DNA of 64,000 bases from Candidatus Multivoradales bacterium (lineage in GTDB: Bacteria; Acidobacteriota; Thermoanaerobaculia; Multivoradales; JAHEKO01), in the NCBI GenBank assembly GCA_965248055.1, contig CBDFIJ010000004.1, positions 608,001 through 672,000 on the forward strand, in the 5' to 3' direction. Both the position numbers and the translations under genes were made by a program. Within the stretch, counting starts at the first letter, position 1. Each line of letters opens with the position of its first letter. Positions 9,821 to 17,904 of this stretch are shown piece after piece. Below the pieces are notes generated by a model that saw only the letters and a list, made by a program, of their open reading frames with translations, was not told the DNA's origin and did no database searches.

Positions 9821-11331
9821 CTGGCAAGATTCAAAGACTGCCAGAGGGCGTCGACCCGGGCTTCAACCGCGTCATCTTTGGTCACCCGCCTCATCACCTT
9901 CAGACCCAGTGGAACCGTGCAATCGACACCCATGAAAGGCCGGACATTGATCGGCAACTCCGCAGCCCCGTCGTAGACCCCAAGCTTGCTAGTCGCTCCC
10001 ATCTTCCCTTGAGCCAAAGGATCAATCGTCATACCCAACACGTTGGGAATCACCGTAAGGTCACGATCTCCCATGAAACGATGAGCCAACGCCCAGTCGC
10101 GCTCGTGGGGATTGTGAATATCAATGTCATCGTCGTAGACAAACACATGCTTGCAGAACCCGCCCAGAGCGGTGTAGGCGCGCATCATTGCCAGCTTGGG
10201 CTCACCCACCCGACCCTTCTTCATCGAAACATGAACCGTGAAACCGCAGCCCGCTGCCGGATCTGCAAACACGTCATGAACGTTCGGCAGAACCGCCTTG
10301 AGATCGAGAAAAACTTTCACCGAACGAAAAAACGCCGCGATGGTGTTGCACTCATTGAGCGGATGGCCGATATGCACGTGTTGGTAGATTGGGTTATTGC
10401 GCATAGTAATTGCGGTGACATCGAAAATCGGCCTGCGCCGAGGCTCATCGTAAAAACCGTTAAACGATGCGAAACGTCCCTGCGCCCCCCAATTGAAGGG
10501 TTTGAACACTCCTTCAACAACGATCTCTGAACTCGCCGGAACATCCACGTCTATGGTCTCGCACTTCACCATCTCCACCGGCTCACCGTGAATTCCACCA
10601 ACAAAGGCAAAGTCATCCGAGTCGTGAGGCAAGCCAGGGTTGGCTCCAGCCAACAAGAACGCTGGAGTCACACCCAATACATAGGCCATTGGAAACGCTT
10701 CCCCATTCTCCTTGTCCCATGTCGATGGGTCGTCTTCCGGGGTGGAACCCCAAGAATCCGCGATACTTCGTGCATCTCCTGTCAGTCGGAAAACCCATAC
10801 CGGACCGCTGTTGGGGCTCTGTACTTCAAACCGGTGATAGGAAAGATTGTGCCCATGCTGCGAGGGCTTCGAACACGCCAAACTGCTGATGAACCGACCA
10901 TCTAACGACACTTTGGAGCCGCCGTCTTCTGGGTTGAGGCGCGGAATGGGCAGCTTAGTAAGGTCGACATCGTCACCGCTGAGAATGATTTCTTTACAAG
11001 GTGCTTTGTCTGAATCAACCCGCACCGGCGCAATGCCCTTGGTTTGCATCACTTGCGCCATTTTCGCGGCGACTTCGGGCACTGCGTTGTTTTCCGATAC
11101 GCCGAACGTCTGAGCGATCCGGGAGTGACTCGCACCCAAGGTGTTGGCCAAGACCGGGATATCGAATCCCTTGGGATTCTCAAACAACAAGGCCTTGTGC
11201 AAGCCTTGATAGTCAGCGCGCGCGATCATCGCTCCCATGTCATCAAGTGTGTCTACCTCTTGCTCGATCCTGAGCAATTGGCCACTCGCTTCCAGATGTT
11301 CCAAATAGGACCGCAGGTCGTTCTTGCTCAT
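9817..11331 (-). CDS. UbiD-family protein with non-canonical active-site motif
   Basis: DLRSYLEHLE, LLFEN, NLSYHR, EIVVEG, DDDIDI; QGRFASF replaces EGPFGE. Confidence 0.88.
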   Translation of the reverse strand: MSKNDLRSYLEHLEASGQLLRIEQEVDTLDDMGAMIARADYQGLHKALLFENPKGFDIPVLANTLGASHSRIAQTFGVSENNAVPEVAAKMAQVMQTKGIAPVRVDSDKAPCKEIILSGDDVDLTKLPIPRLNPEDGGSKVSLDGRFISSLACSKPSQHGHNLSYHRFEVQSPNSGPVWVFRLTGDARSIADSWGSTPEDDPSTWDKENGEAFPMAYVLGVTPAFLLAGANPGLPHDSDDFAFVGGIHGEPVEMVKCETIDVDVPASSEIVVEGVFKPFNWGAQGRFASFNGFYDEPRRRPIFDVTAITMRNNPIYQHVHIGHPLNECNTIAAFFRSVKVFLDLKAVLPNVHDVFADPAAGCGFTVHVSMKKGRVGEPKLAMMRAYTALGGFCKHVFVYDDDIDIHNPHERDWALAHRFMGDRDLTVIPNVLGMTIDPLAQGKMGATSKLGVYDGAAELPINVRPFMGVDCTVPLGLKVMRRVTKDDAVEARVDALWQSLNLAS

Positions 11332-11362
11332 AGACCGATATTACTCCTGAGTTATTTTGCCC

Positions 11363-12664
11363 TTAGATCGACGCACTGACTCTCTTAAAACGCTGCGCCT
11401 TGAGTTCGTAACGAGGCAAACTGCCCGGCTCCGCTTGCGCCACCGCTACCCGAATATTGATCTGGCTGCGAAAGGCTTGGTGAAGCGCCGACTCGACCTG
11501 AGAAAATTCGCTGCCCGGGGCAGTCTCCACCTTCACCAACAGTTCATCAAGAGATCGTTGGCTCCGTATCTCAACCTCATACTCCACGATCGCCGGAAGG
11601 CTGCGGATCAAATTGTCGATGGCCGCAGGATATATATTGACGCCCCGAACCGTCAGCATGTCATCGGCGCGACCGAGCACGCCCCCCTCGATGCGAGACA
11701 GGTTCCGCCCACAGCCACACGGATCGTCGCTACGCACAACCAAGTCACCGGTTCGGTAGCGAACCACCGGCATCCCCAGGCGACCGAGAGTGGTGATCAC
11801 CAGCTCTCCCCGAGAGCCGTTTACCACCGGCTCCTCACCCGTGGGGTCTAGCACTTCAAAAAGGAACTCCAGTTCGTTCAGATGAACTGACAAGTTATTC
11901 ATCGTGCAACCGAACCCCCAGGCACCGATCTCCGTCGCCCCCGCGTGGTCATAAGCCTGAGCTCCCCACAACTCTTCGATTCGACGTTTGACGTTGGGCA
12001 CGCTGGCCCCTGGCTCTCCCGCATGGATTGTGGTGCGCACCGAACAGCCCGGCAAGTCGATACCCTCCGCGTCCGCAACCTCCGCAAGATACAACGCATA
12101 AGTGGGAGTCGACACCATCACCGTGACCTGATGGTCCAGAATCCTCTGCAGACGTTGTCCCGAGCTGAGACCACCGCCGGCGATGCCGAGGGCACCGATG
12201 GATCGAGCGCCCGCCAAGGAAGACCAGTGGGCGACGAACGGACCAAACGAGAACGCCAACAAGACAACGTCGTCCGAGGTCACCCCCGCGCCCCGAAATA
12301 CATGCCCCCAGCAGCGAACCCAGGTGGCCCAATCGTCCTCAGTATCCAACCACAACAAGGGGCTGCCGCTGGTACCCGAAGTTTGGTGCAGGCACCGATA
12401 CTGTGACCGGGGGTAGCTCAGCATCTTGCCGTAGGGAGGATCGAGGCGCTGCGATGCGACCAATTCCCCTTTGGTTGTGAAGGGCACATTCGCCAAGTCC
12501 TCTAACTGGCGAACTGACAACGGATCAATGCCAGCCTTGGAAAATTTCTCGCTGTAGAAAGGATTCTCCACTAGCACCCGCATCAGCTCTCGTAGCTTCC
12601 CCAATTGCAGATGCCCAAGATCTGCCCTCGGCAAGGTTTCTAGATGTTCGTTGTAATAACCCAT
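11363..12664 (-). CDS. Phenylacetate-CoA ligase (PaaK)-family aryl-CoA ligase
   Basis: PFTTKGEL, TSGTSG, STPTY, GEPG, DHAGATE, RYRTGD, GRADDMLTVRGVNIYP; start reassigned to ATG 12664. Confidence 0.92.
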   Translation of the reverse strand: MGYYNEHLETLPRADLGHLQLGKLRELMRVLVENPFYSEKFSKAGIDPLSVRQLEDLANVPFTTKGELVASQRLDPPYGKMLSYPRSQYRCLHQTSGTSGSPLLWLDTEDDWATWVRCWGHVFRGAGVTSDDVVLLAFSFGPFVAHWSSLAGARSIGALGIAGGGLSSGQRLQRILDHQVTVMVSTPTYALYLAEVADAEGIDLPGCSVRTTIHAGEPGASVPNVKRRIEELWGAQAYDHAGATEIGAWGFGCTMNNLSVHLNELEFLFEVLDPTGEEPVVNGSRGELVITTLGRLGMPVVRYRTGDLVVRSDDPCGCGRNLSRIEGGVLGRADDMLTVRGVNIYPAAIDNLIRSLPAIVEYEVEIRSQRSLDELLVKVETAPGSEFSQVESALHQAFRSQINIRVAVAQAEPGSLPRYELKAQRFKRVSASI

Positions 12665-12830
12665 GTTCAACGCCAGAGGGTATGCGACAGAGCAACCGAT
12701 TGCCAAATGTAAGATCTCGCACCTTTGATAAACAAAGGACTGCCGCGACAGCATCGCAACTCGGAGCGGCCTGTACAATGCGGACCGCAGCGTCGATTTG
12801 AATGGGGCCGCGTGCCTCTTAGGGACTGTC

Positions 12831-14231
12831 ATGAACGCAACACCACCCGCCCGGAAAGTATGGCTCGGCCTTGTTAGCGCTTTGACTCTTGGGGCGCTCT
12901 TGCTGGCGATGCCTCGTCCAGCGGGCCTTGAGGAAGCTCCGTGGAGACTCTTGGTTTTGTTCTTCGTTGCGATTCTCTTGTGGGCGACGGAAGCATTACC
13001 TGTGGCAATCACCGCGCTGCTCGTGATCTTGCTCCAGCCGATGCTTGGAGTCGCCTCAATGCATCACGCAATCGAAGCATCCGCCAGTCCGGTGTTCTTC
13101 TTTGTACTCGCCATGTTCTGCCTGGCGGCCGCCATTCGTCAGACAGATTTGGACCAGCGGTTGGCTGACGCTGTTCTCGCTCGAGCGGGCACCAATAGCC
13201 GACGAGTGGTTGTCGGTTTAATGATCGGCACTGCGTTGTTATCGGCAATCATCTCCGACGTCCCAGCCTGCGCTTTGTTCATGGCGATCGCATGGGATCT
13301 GTTGCGTCGTCTTGACTTGCGTCCTGGCGAGTCCAACTTTGGCAAGGCGACCATGATCGGCATTCCAATGGCGGCCTTGATCGGCGGCGTCGCGACCCCG
13401 GCCGGCAGTTCAGTCAACATGCTCGGCATTCACTTCATCGAACAAACTGGAGGGGTTCGTATTCCTTTCCTGCATTGGATGATCATCGGTGTGCCCATGA
13501 CCTTAATCTTGATTCCCGCAGCTTGCTGGTTGGTCCTAAAGTCCTTCCCGCCCGAATTCGCGTACCTGCCCGAGGACCTATTCAAGAACCGAGATCAAGC
13601 ACAGCCGCTGAGTCCAGCGGGCAAGAGAACTCTAGCGATCCTTGGAACGCTCCTCGTGCTGTGGATCCTCGGCACCTGGGTACCCATCTTCTCGACACTG
13701 ACCGTCGCCCTCGCTGGCACCGTCGTTCTATTTCTCCCAATTGTTGGCGTCCTCACTTGGCAGCAGGCGCAAAAGGTCATTGGCTGGGACATCATGATGA
13801 TGATCGCCGGGGTTACCTCACTTGGTGCCGCTTCGGTTGATACCGGCTTGGCCCAATGGCTGGTCGACTCGGCACTCGGCGGACTAGCCGGTACTTCCGT
13901 ACCGATGCTGCTCGCCATCCTGGGACTGTTTACCGTTGCCATTCACCTTGCCCTGCCGATGGGGCCGGTTATCAACGTAGTACTCATTCCCCCGGTGGTG
14001 CTGTTGGCGCAGAAGGCCGGAGTCCATCCAGCCCTCTACGGGCTCCCTGTTGCGTTTACAGCCTCCGCTGCCTTTCTCTTGCCGATTGATCCGGTGTGTT
14101 TGCTCACTTACTCAAAAGGCTACTACCGGATGCTCGACATGGCACGGCCGGGAATCTGGCTGTCTCTGCTTTGGGTGGCTGTGCTAACTGGCCTGCTATT
14201 GGTGTTTACTCCGCTGCTGGGATTTCAATAA
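12831..14231 (+). CDS. DASS/SLC13 sodium:dicarboxylate/anion symporter
   Basis: LWATEALP, IGGVATPAGSSVN, ASAAFLLP; many TM helices. Confidence 0.9.
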   Translation: MNATPPARKVWLGLVSALTLGALLLAMPRPAGLEEAPWRLLVLFFVAILLWATEALPVAITALLVILLQPMLGVASMHHAIEASASPVFFFVLAMFCLAAAIRQTDLDQRLADAVLARAGTNSRRVVVGLMIGTALLSAIISDVPACALFMAIAWDLLRRLDLRPGESNFGKATMIGIPMAALIGGVATPAGSSVNMLGIHFIEQTGGVRIPFLHWMIIGVPMTLILIPAACWLVLKSFPPEFAYLPEDLFKNRDQAQPLSPAGKRTLAILGTLLVLWILGTWVPIFSTLTVALAGTVVLFLPIVGVLTWQQAQKVIGWDIMMMIAGVTSLGAASVDTGLAQWLVDSALGGLAGTSVPMLLAILGLFTVAIHLALPMGPVINVVLIPPVVLLAQKAGVHPALYGLPVAFTASAAFLLPIDPVCLLTYSKGYYRMLDMARPGIWLSLLWVAVLTGLLLVFTPLLGFQ

Positions 14232-14436
14232 GTAGGTTCGCCGGGCTAGACGTTGAACTGAAAATGCACGACATCCCCTTCGGCGACCCAAAAGGGGGCG
14301 AGGCCCGATTCGGTTTCGGGCGAACCTCTACCGCAACGGCGGCATCGAACATCTGGCTCTGACTCCATACGCGATTCTTACCGCTATCCCTAGACTCAGG
14401 ATCAGCCGCACCCAACTGTCGATGGGCGTTCTGGAA

Positions 14437-15800
14437 GGATCCGTCCCGATTGTTGTGGAAATTGAGAAAGGCGTAACCTCCGGTAGTCAAAAACCGTCGC
14501 CGAGTAGGCGAAAGGAGGCTACGCCATGGACAAGAGTACCAATCAGAGACCGGAATCATCTCGTTTCCACCAAGATATTCAGTCAAAGCTTCAGCACCGT
14601 ATCCGGGAAGCAATCGAAATAGTTCTAGAAGAAGAGCTTGCTGACGCATTGGGTTGTGTTGCGTACGAGCGCTCAGATGAGCGCTCGGGCTATCGCAACG
14701 GCAAACAAGAGCGGACGATCACGACCCGATACGGATCCCGGCAACTGCGAATTCCTCGTGGTCGGGTAGTAGGCCAAGATGGATCCACTGAGGAGTTTCA
14801 AAGCCAGCTTGTTGAGCGCTACCAGCGGCGCACCCGAGAGGTGGATGAAGCGATTCTCGGCTGCTACCTAGCAGGGGCCAACAGCCGTCGGATCAAGAAG
14901 GCCTTGACTCCACTGCTGGGCAGGGAGCATCTATCCAAGAGCGCTGTGTCTCGGGTGGTATCTCGTTTGAAAGAGCACTTTGCCCGTTGGAGTGAACGAG
15001 GCCTGTCTGAGGAAAGCTACCCGATCTTGTTTCTTGATGGCTTTCACTTGAAAGTGCGGCTTGCTCGGCGAGTGGTGTCAGCTCCGGTGCTGGCTGCTCT
15101 GGGGGTAAGAGAAGATGGCACCAAAGTCCTGGTAGCTCTACGGTTAGCAGCCAGTGAGGCAGGCAGTCACTGGAAGTGGTTGATTGAAGATCTTAAACGC
15201 AGGGGCTTGAAAGCACCGCATCTCTTGGTCTCAGACGGCCACAAGGGTTTGGCGGTGGGAGTCAGGGCTTGGCCAGAGGCCAAAGTCCAGCGTTGTATCC
15301 AGCACAAGTGGGAAAACCTGAAGAAGCACTGCCCTAAGCATGCTCATGGTGAGCTCAAGCGAGACTGGGATCAAGTGGTGCGAGCCCAAGATGCCCTGGA
15401 GGCCCGAGAGAGCTATTCAATCTTTGCTGCCAAGTGGTCCAAGCTGGTGCCCGCAGTAGCCAGGAGTCTTCAAGAGGCTGGGATGGAACTGATCACTTTC
15501 TACGATCTACCGAGATCGTTGTGGCGATCCACAAGGACCACCAACGCGCTGGAGAATCTCAACCGTGAGTTTCGGCGCCGTACCAAGACCCAAGGCTCAT
15601 TCTCGACTGAGGCAGCGGGTGTTACCTTGCTCTGGGGACTCGTCGCTTTCGGTCAGATCAGGATGCACCGCATCAACGGCTACCAAGACTTGCACCGGAT
15701 GCTTGACCGTCAAGCAGCCGCGTAGCACTAGAATCAACTAAACCTGACCGCGGGAGACGCTACGCCAAATACCAATTTCCACAAGATTCGGGACACATCC
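14437..15800 (+). mobile_element. IS256-family element, complete
   Basis: Imperfect 28-bp terminal inverted repeats GGATCCGTCCCGATTGTTGTGGAAATTG (14437-14464) and CAATTTCCACAAGATTCGGGACACATCC (15773-15800); no target duplication seen. Confidence 0.92.
14526..15725 (+). CDS. IS256-family transposase
   Basis: YRNG, LFLDG, VSDGHKGL, QRCIQH, RTTNALENLNREFRRR. Confidence 0.96.
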   Translation: MDKSTNQRPESSRFHQDIQSKLQHRIREAIEIVLEEELADALGCVAYERSDERSGYRNGKQERTITTRYGSRQLRIPRGRVVGQDGSTEEFQSQLVERYQRRTREVDEAILGCYLAGANSRRIKKALTPLLGREHLSKSAVSRVVSRLKEHFARWSERGLSEESYPILFLDGFHLKVRLARRVVSAPVLAALGVREDGTKVLVALRLAASEAGSHWKWLIEDLKRRGLKAPHLLVSDGHKGLAVGVRAWPEAKVQRCIQHKWENLKKHCPKHAHGELKRDWDQVVRAQDALEARESYSIFAAKWSKLVPAVARSLQEAGMELITFYDLPRSLWRSTRTTNALENLNREFRRRTKTQGSFSTEAAGVTLLWGLVAFGQIRMHRINGYQDLHRMLDRQAAA

Positions 15801-15815
15801 CAAAATCCCCAACCC

Positions 15816-16988
15816 ATGTTCACCCTCCTCCACAACGCCCACCTCTACTCCCCCACTGACCACGGCACCGTCGATGTCCTGATCTCCAACGGGCGGATCG
15901 TCAAGATCGATTCGCCCCTAGACGGGCTGCCTCCCTGGCTGGAAGTCGAGGAGATCGACCTGGCCGGACGGACGGTGATCCCCGCCTTGGTGGACGGGCA
16001 TGTACACGTGACCGGAGGTGGCGGCGAGGCCGGGTTTGGCAGTCGGATTGCTCCGCCGCCAGCGTCGGCGTATCGAGCGGGAGGCGTAGGGACGATGGTT
16101 GGGGTGTTGGGCACTGATGACCTGACCCGCACGCCGCAATCGCTGGTCGCCTGGACGCGCGAGTTGGCGGCTCAGGGTCTGAACGCTTGGTGCCACACCG
16201 GGGGCTATCACCTGCCGCCAGCGACGCTAACCGGAAGTGTGCGCGGTGACATTGTCTGGATCGATCGGATGATCGGGATCGGCGAGGTGGCGATCAGCGA
16301 CCATCGCTCGAGCCAGCCGACGCCGCAAGCGTTGCGCGAGCTGGCGGCTGAGGCACATGTAGCGGGATTGATGACCGGCAAAGCGGGGCTGCTACATCTG
16401 CACGTGGGCGATGGCGATGCTGGGTTGGAGCCGATTCGCTCGGCGATGCACGGCAGCGAGCTTCCGGCGCGGGTTTTCAACCCCACCCATTTGAATCGAC
16501 GCAAGCGGTTGATGGACGACACCCTAGATCTGGCCGCCCGTGGATGCACCATCGACTTCACCGCATTTCCGGTCGAAGACAGCGAAGACGCCTACTCTGC
16601 AACACAAGCGTTGCAACTGTTTCTAGAGCGTGGGGGCGAGCCGAGCCGGGTAACCATCAGCTCCGACGGTGGAGGTTGTCTGCCGGTCTTTCGGGAAGAT
16701 GGATCGGTGCAGCACTTCGAGGTGACAAAAGCTGACGCGATGCTCGAAACTCTGCAAGAATTGGTGGGTTCCGGCATGGCGTTAGCCGACGCTCTGCCGG
16801 CTTTCACATCCAACCCGGCCCGTTTGCTACGACTTGGCACCGGCGTTCTCGCCGAGGGGAGTCGTGCCGATCTGCTGGTGCTGGATCAGACCGAATCCGG
16901 CGGGCCGGATCTGCTGGCTGGGATGTTTGCCGGCAAGTGGTTTGATCGACAAGGCAACGAAGCTCATGCCCCACTCCAAGAACAATAG
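15816..16988 (+). CDS. iadA: Isoaspartyl dipeptidase
   Basis: DGHVHVTGGGGEAG, GVLGTDD, AISDHRSSQP, HLHVGDG, SSDGGGCLP. Confidence 0.95.
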   Translation: MFTLLHNAHLYSPTDHGTVDVLISNGRIVKIDSPLDGLPPWLEVEEIDLAGRTVIPALVDGHVHVTGGGGEAGFGSRIAPPPASAYRAGGVGTMVGVLGTDDLTRTPQSLVAWTRELAAQGLNAWCHTGGYHLPPATLTGSVRGDIVWIDRMIGIGEVAISDHRSSQPTPQALRELAAEAHVAGLMTGKAGLLHLHVGDGDAGLEPIRSAMHGSELPARVFNPTHLNRRKRLMDDTLDLAARGCTIDFTAFPVEDSEDAYSATQALQLFLERGGEPSRVTISSDGGGCLPVFREDGSVQHFEVTKADAMLETLQELVGSGMALADALPAFTSNPARLLRLGTGVLAEGSRADLLVLDQTESGGPDLLAGMFAGKWFDRQGNEAHAPLQEQ

Positions 16989-17010
16989 AGCGATCAAAGA
17001 GGAATGAACC

Positions 17011-17904
17011 GTGGCAGCTGATATTAAGACCGTAGATTTCACTCCGGCAAACTCGTCCGAAGCCGGGTACTTGATCCCGATTGGCGGTGCCGAGCGCAAG
17101 CGCCGCAATCCCGAAGTGCTGAAAAAATTCGTTGAACTCTCCGGGGGATCCGACGCCAATATCGTCATCATTCCTACTGCATCCCGGGTGCGCAGTACTG
17201 GAGAGCGCTACGAGCGCGTGTTCTTATCTCTGGGAGCGGATGTCGCCAAGTCGTTGCTGTTTAAGAACCGCAAAGATTGTTCCCGGGAGGATTGGCTCGA
17301 TATTTTGGAAGACGCAACAGGAATCTTCCTGACCGGGGGCTCGCAATTGCGGTTGTCCAGTACTTTGGGTGGCACGCCGGTGGCCGACACCATCCGGCGG
17401 CTGCACGCCGCAGGCACCAACATAGCTGGCACCTCGGCTGGCGCCAGCTATCTCTCGGAACACATGATCGCCTTTGGCGACAGTGGCGCTTCCCCATCGA
17501 CGCACAAGGTTGCACTGGTACCCGGCATCGGCCTGACCCGGGATTTCATCATTGACCAACATTTTCGTGAGCGCGATCGTCTGGGCCGCCTGTTAACCGC
17601 GCTGGCCTACAACCCGCGCGTACTAGGGCTCGGCCTAGATGAAGACACCGCAGCGTTTATCGGCCCTGATAGCTCGCTGGAGGTGGTGGGCTCGGGCACC
17701 TGCACCATCCTCGACGGTTCGGAAGTTGGACATTCCTCGATGGGACATGACCTAGGCGATCCGGTCTCTCTACACGGAGTCCGGCTGCACGTCTTGACCG
17801 CGGGATCACGCTACTTCATCGACTCGCGGCAGCCGCTTGCCCCGGATGAAGCCTTTTTAGACGAGGCCGATCCGACTCCAACTCCGGCCCAAGGTCAGCG
17901 ATGA
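17011..17904 (+). CDS. cphB: Cyanophycinase
   Basis: IGGAE, IIPTAS, TGGSQLRL, AGTSAGA, IDQHFRERDRLGRL, GLDEDTA. Confidence 0.96.
   Translation: MAADIKTVDFTPANSSEAGYLIPIGGAERKRRNPEVLKKFVELSGGSDANIVIIPTASRVRSTGERYERVFLSLGADVAKSLLFKNRKDCSREDWLDILEDATGIFLTGGSQLRLSSTLGGTPVADTIRRLHAAGTNIAGTSAGASYLSEHMIAFGDSGASPSTHKVALVPGIGLTRDFIIDQHFRERDRLGRLLTALAYNPRVLGLGLDEDTAAFIGPDSSLEVVGSGTCTILDGSEVGHSSMGHDLGDPVSLHGVRLHVLTAGSRYFIDSRQPLAPDEAFLDEADPTPTPAQGQR

Noticed and set aside
9508-10530. Long antisense ORFs (also 18048-19058, 47334-48122, 50037-50645)
   Set aside because: Shadow or alternate-frame ORFs of well-supported genes in GC-rich DNA
12665-13012. Long N-terminal extension of the CoA ligase
   Set aside because: Overlaps the divergent DASS gene; family homology starts at ATG 12664
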